DNA of 36,220 nucleotides. Source: Candidatus Krumholzibacteriia bacterium (lineage in GTDB: Bacteria > Krumholzibacteriota > Krumholzibacteriia > LZORAL124-64-63). A program made the translations under genes and the position numbers. Every line of letters starts with the position of its first letter. The first letter of the stretch is position 1. Below the pieces are notes generated by a model, which made no database searches, had not been told where the DNA came from, and saw only the letters and a program-made list of their open reading frames with translations. The stretch covers positions 1 through 36,220 of the forward strand of contig JAWOID010000042.1 of the NCBI GenBank assembly GCA_046484865.1, given 5' to 3'. Shown in pieces: positions 27,714 through 36,220 of this stretch.

Positions 27714-27909
27714 CCGACCGCGGGATCGCGGCGGCGGTCCGACCACTCGCCGGAGCGTGCCGTGCAGGCCTGCGCTTCCGGGCGACCCGTTCTGCGGGCG
27801 GTCCGGTCTTCCCGCGGCCCTCGCTTCCCGCCGCCCGCTCCTTCTGCAAGCGTCTGTCGGCGAGCGAGTTCAGTTGAACCGGACCCGCTCTGCCCTTAAT
27901 GTGGGGATC

Positions 27910-28659
27910 ATGCGATCGCGCGATGAACAACCCGAGTTGAAATGGCCGGCCTCGGCGCCGGGCGAACAGCGCCCCGACTTCGAGAGCGCACCGCTGAGCC
28001 GCGCCGAGTACATCGCCGCCCTCGCTCATCTCTACCGGGGCGAGATGCACCGGTCCCTGGTGTGGCGCGTGCGACTGGACACGACCACCAACTGGGCGGT
28101 GGTGGCCACGGTCGCCATCCTCACCTTCAGCTTCAACAATCCGCAGTACTCGTCGGAGACGCTGATCGCCGGCATGTACACCAACCTGGTGTTCCTGCTG
28201 ATCGAGGCGCGCCGGTTCCGGTTCTTCGACGTGTGGCGGGCACGGCTGAGGATGATCGAGGAGAACTTCTACGGCCCCATCCTGCGGCGCGAACTGCATA
28301 GCCCGGAAGCGCTCTGGGGCCCACAGGTCGCCGACGATCTGCTGCGGCCCCGCTTCCACATCAGCTTCATGCAGGCGATGAAAGCCCGGCTGATGCGAAC
28401 CTTCGCCTACATGTTCGTCTTCCTGCTGCTGGCCTGGATCGGGCGCGTGATCGTCATTCCCGAGACGCAGGAGTACGGGATGCGCAGCATGTTCGGCATC
28501 GGGGCGCTGCCGGCGTGGGTGCCCATCACCGCGGTCACGGTGCTGTACGTGGGACTCCTGGCGGTGGTCGTCTTCTCGCCGAAGGTCACTCCGCCCGAGA
28601 TCTCCTACTGGCCCGACCCGAACCACCCGGGCGAGGACGTACCGAGCCTGGACGTCTAG
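27910..28659 (+). CDS. DUF2270-family membrane protein
   Basis: LAHLYRGEMHRS..WRVRLDTTTNWAV and IEARRFRFFDVWRARLR signature. Confidence 0.85.
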   Translation: MRSRDEQPELKWPASAPGEQRPDFESAPLSRAEYIAALAHLYRGEMHRSLVWRVRLDTTTNWAVVATVAILTFSFNNPQYSSETLIAGMYTNLVFLLIEARRFRFFDVWRARLRMIEENFYGPILRRELHSPEALWGPQVADDLLRPRFHISFMQAMKARLMRTFAYMFVFLLLAWIGRVIVIPETQEYGMRSMFGIGALPAWVPITAVTVLYVGLLAVVVFSPKVTPPEISYWPDPNHPGEDVPSLDV

Positions 28660-28683
28660 CCCGCTCACGAAAGAACATGTGGG

Positions 28684-30075
28684 CTAGCTCCCCTCCGGCT
28701 GCGCGGTCGCGCCGCCCGGGTCCAGCCCCACGCTCTCGCCGCCGCGCGCCTGTTTGCGCGCGACCGGCCAAGGCTCGCGCCAGCCCATCTGCACGTCGTC
28801 GCGCCCGAACAGGAGATCCACCGTCCAGTCGAGGGCTACCCGCGCGCGACGGCCCCACCCCGGCATCTTGGTCAGGTAGACCGTCCGCCACAGGAACCAG
28901 GCGGGGAAGCCCGAGAGCTTGATCCCCAGGACCCGTGCCACGCCGGTACGGCAGCCAAGCGCCACCAGCGAGCCGCGACTCTCGATCACGCACGGCCGAG
29001 GCTCCTGGCCGCGCAGCACCCGCAGCAGGTTGTCCGCCAGCGCCTTGCCCTGCCCCACTGCGTGCTGGGCGGTGGCGGGGTAGGGATCGCCCTGCGGATC
29101 GGGGTTCACCGCGCAGTCGCCCAGCGCCCAGACGCGCTCATGTTTCTGCACCCGCAACTCGGGATCGCAGAGCAGCCAGCCGCGATCGTCGCGGGCGAGG
29201 TCCAGCCGCTGCGTCACCGGGCTGGGCGCGATGCCGGCAGCCCAGATCACGGTGGCGGCGTGCAGTTCCTCTTCCGGGTCGAGAACGACGCGCCGCTCCT
29301 CGATCCGCGACACCGTGGTCTCCAGGCGCACGTCGATGCCCCGCTTGCGCAAGCTGCCGACGGCGAACTGCGACAGGTCGCGGTCGAACCCGGGCAGGAT
29401 ATCGTCCGCGATCTCCACCAGCGTCATGCGGATGTCGCCGGCCGCGATGTTCCGGTAGTGCCGGGTGGCGCGCCGCAGGAAGACCTGGAGTTCCCCCACG
29501 AGTTCCACGCCCGTGAAGTTGCCGCCCACCACCACGAAGTGCAGCAGGGAGCGGCGCAGGTGCGGATCTTCGGTGATGTCCGCCTGTTCGAGCAGGCGGA
29601 TGGCGCGGTCGCGCAGGTCGATGGCGTCGCCGATGCTCTTGATGCCGAACCCGTGCTCGGCGAGCCCCGGGACGGGCGGCAGCTTGGTCACGCTGCCTAG
29701 ACCGAGCACGAGGTGGTCGTAGTCCATCTCGACCGGTTCCGGGGATCCGACGGGGCGATAGCGGATGCGCTGCGCCTCGAGATCAGCATCCACGAATTCG
29801 CCCATGACGAAGCGCCCGCCGCGGGTGAACGCGCGCAGCCCCACGACCGCGTGCCGCGGCGACAGCGCGCCCGTACCCGCCTCCACGAGGAAGGGATAGA
29901 AGACGAAGAAGTTGTTGCGGTCCAGCAGGACCACCTCTGCCTCGTCCCGATCGAACCTGCGGATGAGCTTCTGGGCGCAGGTGGCGCCGCCGAATCCGCC
30001 GCCCACGATGACGATCCGCGGCCGCCGGTGGTGCTCCGCCGCCCCGGTCGAAGCGGCCCTGCTTGCGCTGGCCAT
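28684..30075 (-). CDS. ndh: Type II NADH dehydrogenase-like FAD-dependent oxidoreductase
   Basis: IVGGGFGG, YDHLVLGLG, VVGGNFTGVELVGE, WAAG, ALGDCA and PATAQHA motifs. Confidence 0.88.
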   Translation of the reverse strand: MASASRAASTGAAEHHRRPRIVIVGGGFGGATCAQKLIRRFDRDEAEVVLLDRNNFFVFYPFLVEAGTGALSPRHAVVGLRAFTRGGRFVMGEFVDADLEAQRIRYRPVGSPEPVEMDYDHLVLGLGSVTKLPPVPGLAEHGFGIKSIGDAIDLRDRAIRLLEQADITEDPHLRRSLLHFVVVGGNFTGVELVGELQVFLRRATRHYRNIAAGDIRMTLVEIADDILPGFDRDLSQFAVGSLRKRGIDVRLETTVSRIEERRVVLDPEEELHAATVIWAAGIAPSPVTQRLDLARDDRGWLLCDPELRVQKHERVWALGDCAVNPDPQGDPYPATAQHAVGQGKALADNLLRVLRGQEPRPCVIESRGSLVALGCRTGVARVLGIKLSGFPAWFLWRTVYLTKMPGWGRRARVALDWTVDLLFGRDDVQMGWREPWPVARKQARGGESVGLDPGGATAQPEGS

Positions 30076-30335
30076 GATGGCTCCCTTGCTACGGTTCCCT
30101 CTCGCCGCCTTCTCCCGGATCAATCTCGCCACGTCCGGCCCGGGCGTCGAGCGAGCGCGATCGACCAGATGGTCGAACAGTCCGCCGGCGACCGGTCGGC
30201 GGTCATGCATCCTGCGATCCCGATCCGACCGCTCTCTTTTTTTTGCGCCTGATAGCAAAATCTTCTTGGCTCGCCAGGTCGTTCTGGTAGAACGAGATGG
30301 AGGGGAGGTGACCATGGCGGACGTGTATGGACGGT

Positions 30336-30351
30336 TGGAACAGGGGTTGCA
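30336..30351 (+). promoter_or_regulatory. Putative sigma54 promoter of the GspG-like/HDOD pair
   Basis: TGGAACAGGGGTTGCA with GG-N10-GC spacing, 65 nt before ATG 30416. Confidence 0.5.
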
Positions 30352-30415
30352 TGCGCCCGGGTGGCAACGGGAATTCCTCCCGAGCCTGGGCAGTCTGCAC
30401 GAGAGAGTTCAAGCC

Positions 30416-31072
30416 ATGCGACGCCAGGGATACGCATTCTTCGAGGCCATGATCGCGGTGGCCCTGGTGGTGGTGCTCGGATTCACGGTCGCGCCACCTC
30501 TGAGGGAGAACCTGCGCGAGGGCAAGGTGGCCCGTGCACAGGTCGAGGCCGATGCCATCTTCAACGCGGTCCTGGACTTCCGGCGCGACGTCGGGCACTG
30601 GCCGGTGGACCCCGGCAGCAGCGAGGCCACGTGGACCCGCCTGGTGGGCAACGAGAGCGTGGGCGGCGGCACGTCGGCGGTTCCCGCCGGGCTGGCCACG
30701 GCCGCGGCCGGCGGAGCCGGTGGCGGTCTCGCGCTCGGCACCATGTCCGCACACCTGGTGCGCAACCAGGACGAGCGCGGCAAGCCCATCTACCAGGCGA
30801 GCCGTCATCCTCACATCGAGCCCGGCTGGAACGGCCCCTACCTGGAGCAGGTGCCGCTCGACCCGTGGGGGCGCTCCTACGTGGTGAGCGTCGTCCCGGG
30901 TGGCGGCGAGGGTGTGCAGGGCTCCGAGGATGCCGCCGAGGTGGTGCTGGTGGTCTCCGCCGGCCCCGACGGCGTGCTCCAGACCGCCCTCGACGTGGTG
31001 CCCCCGGACGGCGCCTGCGGCGGCGACGACGTGGGCCTGGTGGTCCTGCATCCGGGTATCGACGACCTGTGA
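30416..31072 (+). CDS. GspG/PulG-like pseudopilin (alternative in-frame start at 30314)
   Basis: QG|YAFFEAMIAVALV prepilin-like segment; FRRDVGHWP; WNGPYL..VPLDPWGRSY; SAGPDG...DD. Confidence 0.8.
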   Translation: MRRQGYAFFEAMIAVALVVVLGFTVAPPLRENLREGKVARAQVEADAIFNAVLDFRRDVGHWPVDPGSSEATWTRLVGNESVGGGTSAVPAGLATAAAGGAGGGLALGTMSAHLVRNQDERGKPIYQASRHPHIEPGWNGPYLEQVPLDPWGRSYVVSVVPGGGEGVQGSEDAAEVVLVVSAGPDGVLQTALDVVPPDGACGGDDVGLVVLHPGIDDL

Positions 31073-31103
31073 TCCAGCGGCGGCGGCCCGGAAGGAAGTG
31101 CCC

Positions 31104-31997
31104 ATGCCCGTGACCGCGCCCCCCGCCCCCGCTGCGTCTGCGACCTGGCGGCGGATCCGGATGGACGTCCTGGCCCGCATCGAGACCCTGCCGAGCCTGT
31201 CGTCGGTGGTGGTGGAATTCCTGGAACTGAGCAAGCGCGAGTACTTCTGCGCGCGCGACTTCGAGGCGATCCTCGCCAAGGACCAGGCGCTCGTGGCCAG
31301 GCTCCTGAAGGTGGCCAACAGCGGCCTATATGCTCGCAGCCGCACGGTCGCGAGCATCGCCGAGGCCGTGGTCCTCGTGGGCTTCGAGGACATGAAGCGG
31401 ATGATCTTCAGCGTGAGCGCCGCCGGACTGCTGCGCCGGTCGCTGGAGAACTACGCCTACGTCCGGCCTCATGGCTTCTGGCTGCACGCCACGGGCGTGG
31501 GACTGGCCGCACGCTGCGTGGCTCGAGCTGCCGCTCCGTGCCCGCTGCGCCCCGACGAGGCGTTCGTGGCCGGGTTGCTGCACGACGTCGGCAAGCTGAT
31601 CATCGACGATGTCCTCGAGACCGCGCCCGGTCCCCGCCGGGTCGACCTCGCCGAGGAGACCTCCACCATCGGGCTCGACCACGCCGAGCTGGGGGAGTTC
31701 ATCCTCGCCCAGTGGAACCTGCCGCCGAGCATCGTCGAGGCCGTCCGCCGTCACCATCCCGGCCCCGACGGACGGGTGCCGGCCGTGGCCGCTCCGGTCC
31801 GGCTCGCGCAGATCCTCTGCACCGGCTGGGGCGTGGGCCAGCAGGATCCGGCCGACCTCGGCGTGGAGATCGACCTGACGGGGCACGACGACCTCCTGGA
31901 GACCCTGGGGCTGTCCGCCGCCAAGGTCCCCCAGGTGGTCTGGGAGATCCGTCAGAGCCTGGTGGGGCTGGAGGACCGCTTCTGCGACGCGCGCTGA
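31104..31997 (+). CDS. HDOD-domain protein
   Basis: LPSLS, DQALVARLLKVANS, FVAGLLHDVGK and DHAELG...WNLP...HH motifs. Confidence 0.9.
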   Translation: MPVTAPPAPAASATWRRIRMDVLARIETLPSLSSVVVEFLELSKREYFCARDFEAILAKDQALVARLLKVANSGLYARSRTVASIAEAVVLVGFEDMKRMIFSVSAAGLLRRSLENYAYVRPHGFWLHATGVGLAARCVARAAAPCPLRPDEAFVAGLLHDVGKLIIDDVLETAPGPRRVDLAEETSTIGLDHAELGEFILAQWNLPPSIVEAVRRHHPGPDGRVPAVAAPVRLAQILCTGWGVGQQDPADLGVEIDLTGHDDLLETLGLSAAKVPQVVWEIRQSLVGLEDRFCDAR

Positions 31998-32001
31998 CGG
32001 G

Positions 32002-32400
32002 CTACCCGGGAAGGTCCCAGAGAGCCGCCACGGTCAGTTCGACGCTGTTGTCCGCCGGATCGCGGAAGTAGAGCGACTGCGCTCCGCTGGGCCAGGTCTT
32101 CTCCTGCTCCAGTGGCACCCCGGCCTCGACGAGCCGGCGCCGCCAGGCGTCGAGATCGCCGCTGTCGACGGCGAATGCCACGTGACCCGGTCCGGTGGCG
32201 CCGTGCGCCGGCACCGAATTGCTCTCTCTCGTGCCGCTCGGCCGGAAGATCAGGAACATCTGCGCGCCGCAGCGAAAGAAGACGTGCCGGTTCTCGGCGC
32301 GGGCGAAGATCTCCAGCCCCAGGACGCGGGAGTAGAAGCGCTCGGCGGCCGCGAGGTCGTCCGCGTAGAGGCAGGTCTCGAGCACACGGTCGATCTTCAT
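32002..32400 (-). CDS. VOC/glyoxalase family protein
   Basis: LETCLYADDL..AERFY, HGATGPGHVAF and SLYFRDPADNSVEL motifs; GAGGAGG SD. Confidence 0.9.
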   Translation of the reverse strand: MKIDRVLETCLYADDLAAAERFYSRVLGLEIFARAENRHVFFRCGAQMFLIFRPSGTRESNSVPAHGATGPGHVAFAVDSGDLDAWRRRLVEAGVPLEQEKTWPSGAQSLYFRDPADNSVELTVAALWDLPG

Positions 32401-32647
32401 GTCCCTCCTCTGGGTTCGTGCGGGTCGGTCCGGCGACGAGGTTAGTGGTTGCTGGGGGCGTCGCACAACCCGATTCCGACCGGCCGGGACAGAAGGGCGG
32501 GCGCAGCCGGGGCGGTCGGAATCGTCCGGACACATTTTCGCGGGCAGAAGCGAACCTTTTCCGCCGACGCTGCGTAGGTCCTCGTCGGGGCCGACTCGCC
32601 GCCCCGCACAGGCTGTCTGCCCGTAGCGCCCACTAGAGAGGTCCGCC

Positions 32648-34741
32648 ATGCCCCGGCTGTTGCCTTTGATCGTCCTCTTGCCCATCCTGTGCCTGGCCGC
32701 CTGCTCCAGCGAGCCGGCCAGCGACGTGAACACCGCAACCGGGGAGGACATCACTCGCGTGCCGCCTCTGATCGACCGCGAACTCTTCTTCGGCGATCCC
32801 GAGATCTCCGGCGCCGACCTGTCGCCGGACGGACGCTGGGTGTCGTTCATCAGGCCGTACCGCGGCGTGCGCAACATCTGGGTCAAGGGCCTGGACGATC
32901 CGTTCGAGGCCGCCCGTCCCGTCACCGCCGACGCGCGGCCCGTGCCGGATTACTTCTGGAGCCGCGACGGCCGCTTCATCCTGTACGTGCAGGACAAGGA
33001 CGGGAACGAGGACTTCCACGTCTACTCGGTGGATCCGCAGGCCGAACCGCTCGGCGACACGGGCGTGCCGCCGGCGGTCGACCTGACGCCGGTCGACGGC
33101 GTCCGGGCCGGCATCTACGCGGTCCCGCGCGACCAGCCCGACGCCATCATCGTCGGCCTCAACGATCGTGATCCGGCGTATCACGACGTCTACCGGGTGG
33201 ACATCGCCAGCGGCGCGCGCACGCTCCTGATCCGCAACGAGCAGCAGGTGGGCGGCTACCTGTTCGACGAGCAGGGACAGCCGCGGCTCGCGATCCGCCA
33301 GATCGAGGGCGGCGACACCGATCTGCTGCGGGTCGAGAGCAGCGGCGAGCTGACGCCCATCCTGCGCACCGGTTTCGAGGAGGAGGTGGCGCCGATCCGC
33401 TTCCATCCGGACGGCCGCCGCGTGTACGTCGTGAGCAACGTGGGCGAGAACGTGGATCTCGCGCAGCTCATGCTGCTCGATCCCGGCACCGGCGAGATGG
33501 AGCTGGTGGAATCGGATCCCGAGGGTCAGGTGGACTTCGCCCAGGCGATCTTCGACGACCGGGACGATCGCTTGCTGGCGACCGTCTACGTCGGGGACCG
33601 GCTGCGCATCTATGCTCACGACGAGCAGGTGGCGCGCGATCTGGAGATCCTGCGCCGGCAACTGCCCGACGGCGACCTGCGCGTCGCCGGCGCCACCGAG
33701 GACATGGACCTGATGCTCGTGGCGGTCTCGCGCGACGTGGATCCCGGCTCGGTCTACCTCTACGACCGGCGCAAGGGCGACGTGACCCTGCAGTACCGTT
33801 CGCGACCGGACCTGCCCAGCGAGCACTTGGCGTCGATGGAGCCCATCCGTTACCCCGCGCGCGACGGCCTGGAGATCCCCGCCTATCTGACGGTGCCGCG
33901 CGGAGTCGAACCGCGCAACCTGCCGGTGATCATCCATCCGCACGGCGGGCCGTGGGCGCGGGACGCGTGGGGGTACGACGCTTACGCGCAGTTCCTGGCC
34001 AATCGCGGCTACGCGGTGCTCCAGCCGAATTTCCGTGGCTCCACCGGTTACGGGAAGGCGTTCCTCAACGCGGGCAACCGCCAGTGGGGCACCGGTGCCA
34101 TGCAGCACGACCTCACCGACGCGGTCCGCTACCTCGTGGAGCAGGGGATCGCCGATCCCGGGCGGGTGGCCATCTTCGGCGGCAGCTACGGCGGCTACGC
34201 CACCCTGGCCGGCGTGGCCTTCACGCCCGAGCTCTACGCCTGCGCCATCCCTTACGTGGCGCCCAGCAACCTGATCACGCTCGTGGAGTCGTTTCCCGCC
34301 TACTGGCGGCCCTGGCTCGAGGGCTCCTGGTTCAGGCGCGTGGGCGATCCCGAGGTGGAGGCGGACCGGCTCGACCTGATCGAGCGATCGCCCCTGTTCG
34401 CCGTCGACGCCATCCAGTGCCCGCTGCTGGTCGTGCACGGGGCGAACGATCCACGCGTGAAGCAGCACGAGAGCGACCAGATCGTGGTCGCCCTGCGCAC
34501 GCGCGGCAAGGACGTGGAATACGTCGTGGCGCCGGACGAGGGGCACGGCTTCCGCGCACCCGAAAACCGTCTGGCCCTGGCCGTGGCCATGGAGCGGTTC
34601 CTCGCCCGTCACCTGGGCGGACGCGCGCAGGAGGACGTCGACCAGGCCACGGCGCAGCGCCTCGAGCAGATCACCGTGGACGTGAGCCGGGTGGCAGCGC
34701 CGGCGACCGTGAGCGGCGCCGAGCCTGCCGGTGACGGCTGA
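32648..34741 (+). CDS. S9 family peptidase (acylaminoacyl/dipeptidyl peptidase-like), predicted lipoprotein
   Basis: Lipobox [31 protein letters not shown] and DEGHGF catalytic-triad motifs. Confidence 0.93.
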   Translation: MPRLLPLIVLLPILCLAACSSEPASDVNTATGEDITRVPPLIDRELFFGDPEISGADLSPDGRWVSFIRPYRGVRNIWVKGLDDPFEAARPVTADARPVPDYFWSRDGRFILYVQDKDGNEDFHVYSVDPQAEPLGDTGVPPAVDLTPVDGVRAGIYAVPRDQPDAIIVGLNDRDPAYHDVYRVDIASGARTLLIRNEQQVGGYLFDEQGQPRLAIRQIEGGDTDLLRVESSGELTPILRTGFEEEVAPIRFHPDGRRVYVVSNVGENVDLAQLMLLDPGTGEMELVESDPEGQVDFAQAIFDDRDDRLLATVYVGDRLRIYAHDEQVARDLEILRRQLPDGDLRVAGATEDMDLMLVAVSRDVDPGSVYLYDRRKGDVTLQYRSRPDLPSEHLASMEPIRYPARDGLEIPAYLTVPRGVEPRNLPVIIHPHGGPWARDAWGYDAYAQFLANRGYAVLQPNFRGSTGYGKAFLNAGNRQWGTGAMQHDLTDAVRYLVEQGIADPGRVAIFGGSYGGYATLAGVAFTPELYACAIPYVAPSNLITLVESFPAYWRPWLEGSWFRRVGDPEVEADRLDLIERSPLFAVDAIQCPLLVVHGANDPRVKQHESDQIVVALRTRGKDVEYVVAPDEGHGFRAPENRLALAVAMERFLARHLGGRAQEDVDQATAQRLEQITVDVSRVAAPATVSGAEPAGDG

Positions 34742-34744
34742 GCT

Positions 34745-35917
34745 TCAGGCGTGGATCTCCACCACGTCGCCGTCGCGCAGGACGTGATCGCGGCCCACCT
34801 GCTGGCCGTCGAACTTCGCGCTGCCCCACACCCGGGCGAACTGGAACGATCCGGCGAGTTCGCGGTGGATCTGGAGCGCCAGGTCCTCCACCGTGTCGCC
34901 GGCGAACAGCGTGTAGGGTCGGTCCCGGTCCGCCGGCTTGCCGGGCACCTTGGTGTAGGCCCTCACCACGGCCAGTCCGCGCATGAGCAGGTATCCGAGC
35001 CGGTCCAGGCCGGTGTCGCTTTCCGCCGAGACGGCCACCGCCGGAAAGCGGGTGCCGGTCAGTTCGAGCAGCACGGCCACCTCCTCCGGGTCCACGCCGA
35101 GATCGGCCTTCGTCACCACCAGCAGCGTTGGCAGCGTGATGCGGAAGGGGTCCTCCAGTTCATCCTCGTCGTCCGCCGATCCGGCGGCACCGCCCGCTTC
35201 CACTTCCGGCTCGCCGACGACCCCGCCGTCCTCCGCGGTGGTCGGACCGGCGGTGCGTGCCGCGGCGACGCCAGCGTCGTCCGCCCCAGCCGGTGCGACG
35301 CGCGGCGCCAGCACGGCGGCGGCCATTCCCGCCGCCAGGCGTCCGCCCCAGTCGTCGCTGATGCCGATCCGCTTCTCGTCCAGCCGCTGGCGGATGGCCA
35401 TCACGTGCTCCACGCAGCCCGGCTCGTGCAGGTCCACCGTCAGCAGGGCGGCATGGGCCGGCTGCAGTGCGTTCGGCAGCCAGGGCTCCATGAAGTCGGC
35501 CGAGATCGGCGGGAGATCCACGAGCTGGAACGGCACGTCCTGGTGGAAGAGCATGCCGGGCAGCGGCGCCTGCGTGGTGAACGGATAGGGGCCCACCTCG
35601 GCGCGCGAGCCGGTGAGGGCACGATGCAGACTCGACTTGCCGGCATTGGGCGGTCCGAGCATGGCGATCTGCGCGGCACCCTCGGGCTTGATCACCTGCA
35701 CCGGTCCGGTCCGCGCACCGCCCTTCCGCGGACCGGCCAGCTCGCCGGTCAGTTCCTTGATCTTCGACTTGATGTCCGCCTGGACGTGTTCCGTCCCCTT
35801 GTGCTTGGGGATCGTCGAGAGCATCTCCTTGAGTAACCGGAGCCGATCCTGCGGTTCGCGCGCCCGGCGGTACTGCTCCTGCGCCTTCTTGTACTCCGGC
35901 GAGACGTTGGTGGGCAT
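34745..35917 (-). CDS. DRG/OBG-family GTPase with a C-terminal TGS domain
   Basis: MPTNVSPEY...IPKHKGTE, GPPNAGKSSL, YPFTT, DLPP, TKAD, IHRELA..F.FARVWG and LRDGDVVE motifs. Confidence 0.88.
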   Translation of the reverse strand: MPTNVSPEYKKAQEQYRRAREPQDRLRLLKEMLSTIPKHKGTEHVQADIKSKIKELTGELAGPRKGGARTGPVQVIKPEGAAQIAMLGPPNAGKSSLHRALTGSRAEVGPYPFTTQAPLPGMLFHQDVPFQLVDLPPISADFMEPWLPNALQPAHAALLTVDLHEPGCVEHVMAIRQRLDEKRIGISDDWGGRLAAGMAAAVLAPRVAPAGADDAGVAAARTAGPTTAEDGGVVGEPEVEAGGAAGSADDEDELEDPFRITLPTLLVVTKADLGVDPEEVAVLLELTGTRFPAVAVSAESDTGLDRLGYLLMRGLAVVRAYTKVPGKPADRDRPYTLFAGDTVEDLALQIHRELAGSFQFARVWGSAKFDGQQVGRDHVLRDGDVVEIHA

Positions 35918-36004
35918 GGCTCCCTCGCGTCGGCTGGCGGACACGCGCGCGGTCGGCAATTCAGATGGTAGACCAGAGGCACGACGCCCCGCAAGCCATG
36001 GGGT

Positions 36005-36069
36005 CGTGTGAGCACAACAGTCGATCCATAACGGAAACAATTCGTTATGGATCGAAGATTGTGCACACG
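36005..36069. other. Long AT-rich hairpin between a partial gene and the DRG GTPase gene (terminator or operator)
   Basis: Perfect 13-bp inverted repeat TCGATCCATAACG/CGTTATGGATCGA (36021-33/36043-55), extended by GCACAA/TTGTGC and CGTGT/ACACG. Confidence 0.65.
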
Positions 36070-36095
36070 GGGGCCCGATAGCTTCCCACCTGTTT

Positions 36096-36220
36096 TCAGA
36101 ACGCATACTTCAGGTCGTGCACCCGGTTGCGCGGCAGCGCCCGCGTGACGACCTGCTGCTCGTAGTAAGCCGCCCATCGGGGAGGGAGCTGGACGTGGCT
36201 GCGGAAGAGACGGTGCGAGA
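36096..36220 (-). CDS. 3' end of a hypothetical protein running in from the window edge
   Basis: Open frame ...SHRLFRSHVQLPPRWAAYYEQQVVTRALPRNRVHDLKYAF* with host-like codon usage. Confidence 0.6.
   Translation of the reverse strand, partial: SHRLFRSHVQLPPRWAAYYEQQVVTRALPRNRVHDLKYAF

Noticed and set aside
36021..36055. Integron attC or dif site
   Set aside because: The AAC...GTT cores are only about 11 nt apart, too short for attC; the spacer does not fit dif; no integrase is present in the window.

Overview
High-GC (roughly 70% by eye) bacterial chromosomal window with about 30 densely packed genes. I see no rRNA, tRNA, CRISPR array, integrase or transposase. A secreted protein with a FlgD-Ig/T9SS-like C-terminal domain suggests an FCB-affiliated lineage such as Krumholzibacteriota or Latescibacterota (inference only). 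Main blocks: (i) 1-278, a hairpin-dense, apparently non-coding segment cut by the window edge and ending in a terminator-like stem, a candidate structured ncRNA I cannot assign to a family; (ii) P-II-like, HEAT-repeat, UDG-like and metallophosphoesterase genes, plus a lipoprotein followed by a broken DNRLRE-like domain; (iii) a minus-strand osmoadaptation cluster, marR-ablA(kamA)-mscS-pncA-Na+/solute symporter-ablB-GDPD (N-epsilon-acetyl-beta-lysine pathway), with a probable MarR operator over its promoter, flanked by yitT-family and dps genes; (iv) an AraC regulator, then ABC-F-hflX-MFS; (v) a minor type IV pilin operon with a sigma54-type promoter; (vi) ilvE, a DEDDh exonuclease, DUF2270, NDH-2, a GspG-like pseudopilin plus HDOD protein, VOC, an S9 peptidase and an archaeal-type DRG/TGS GTPase. 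All family calls come from motif recognition by eye, not database searches.
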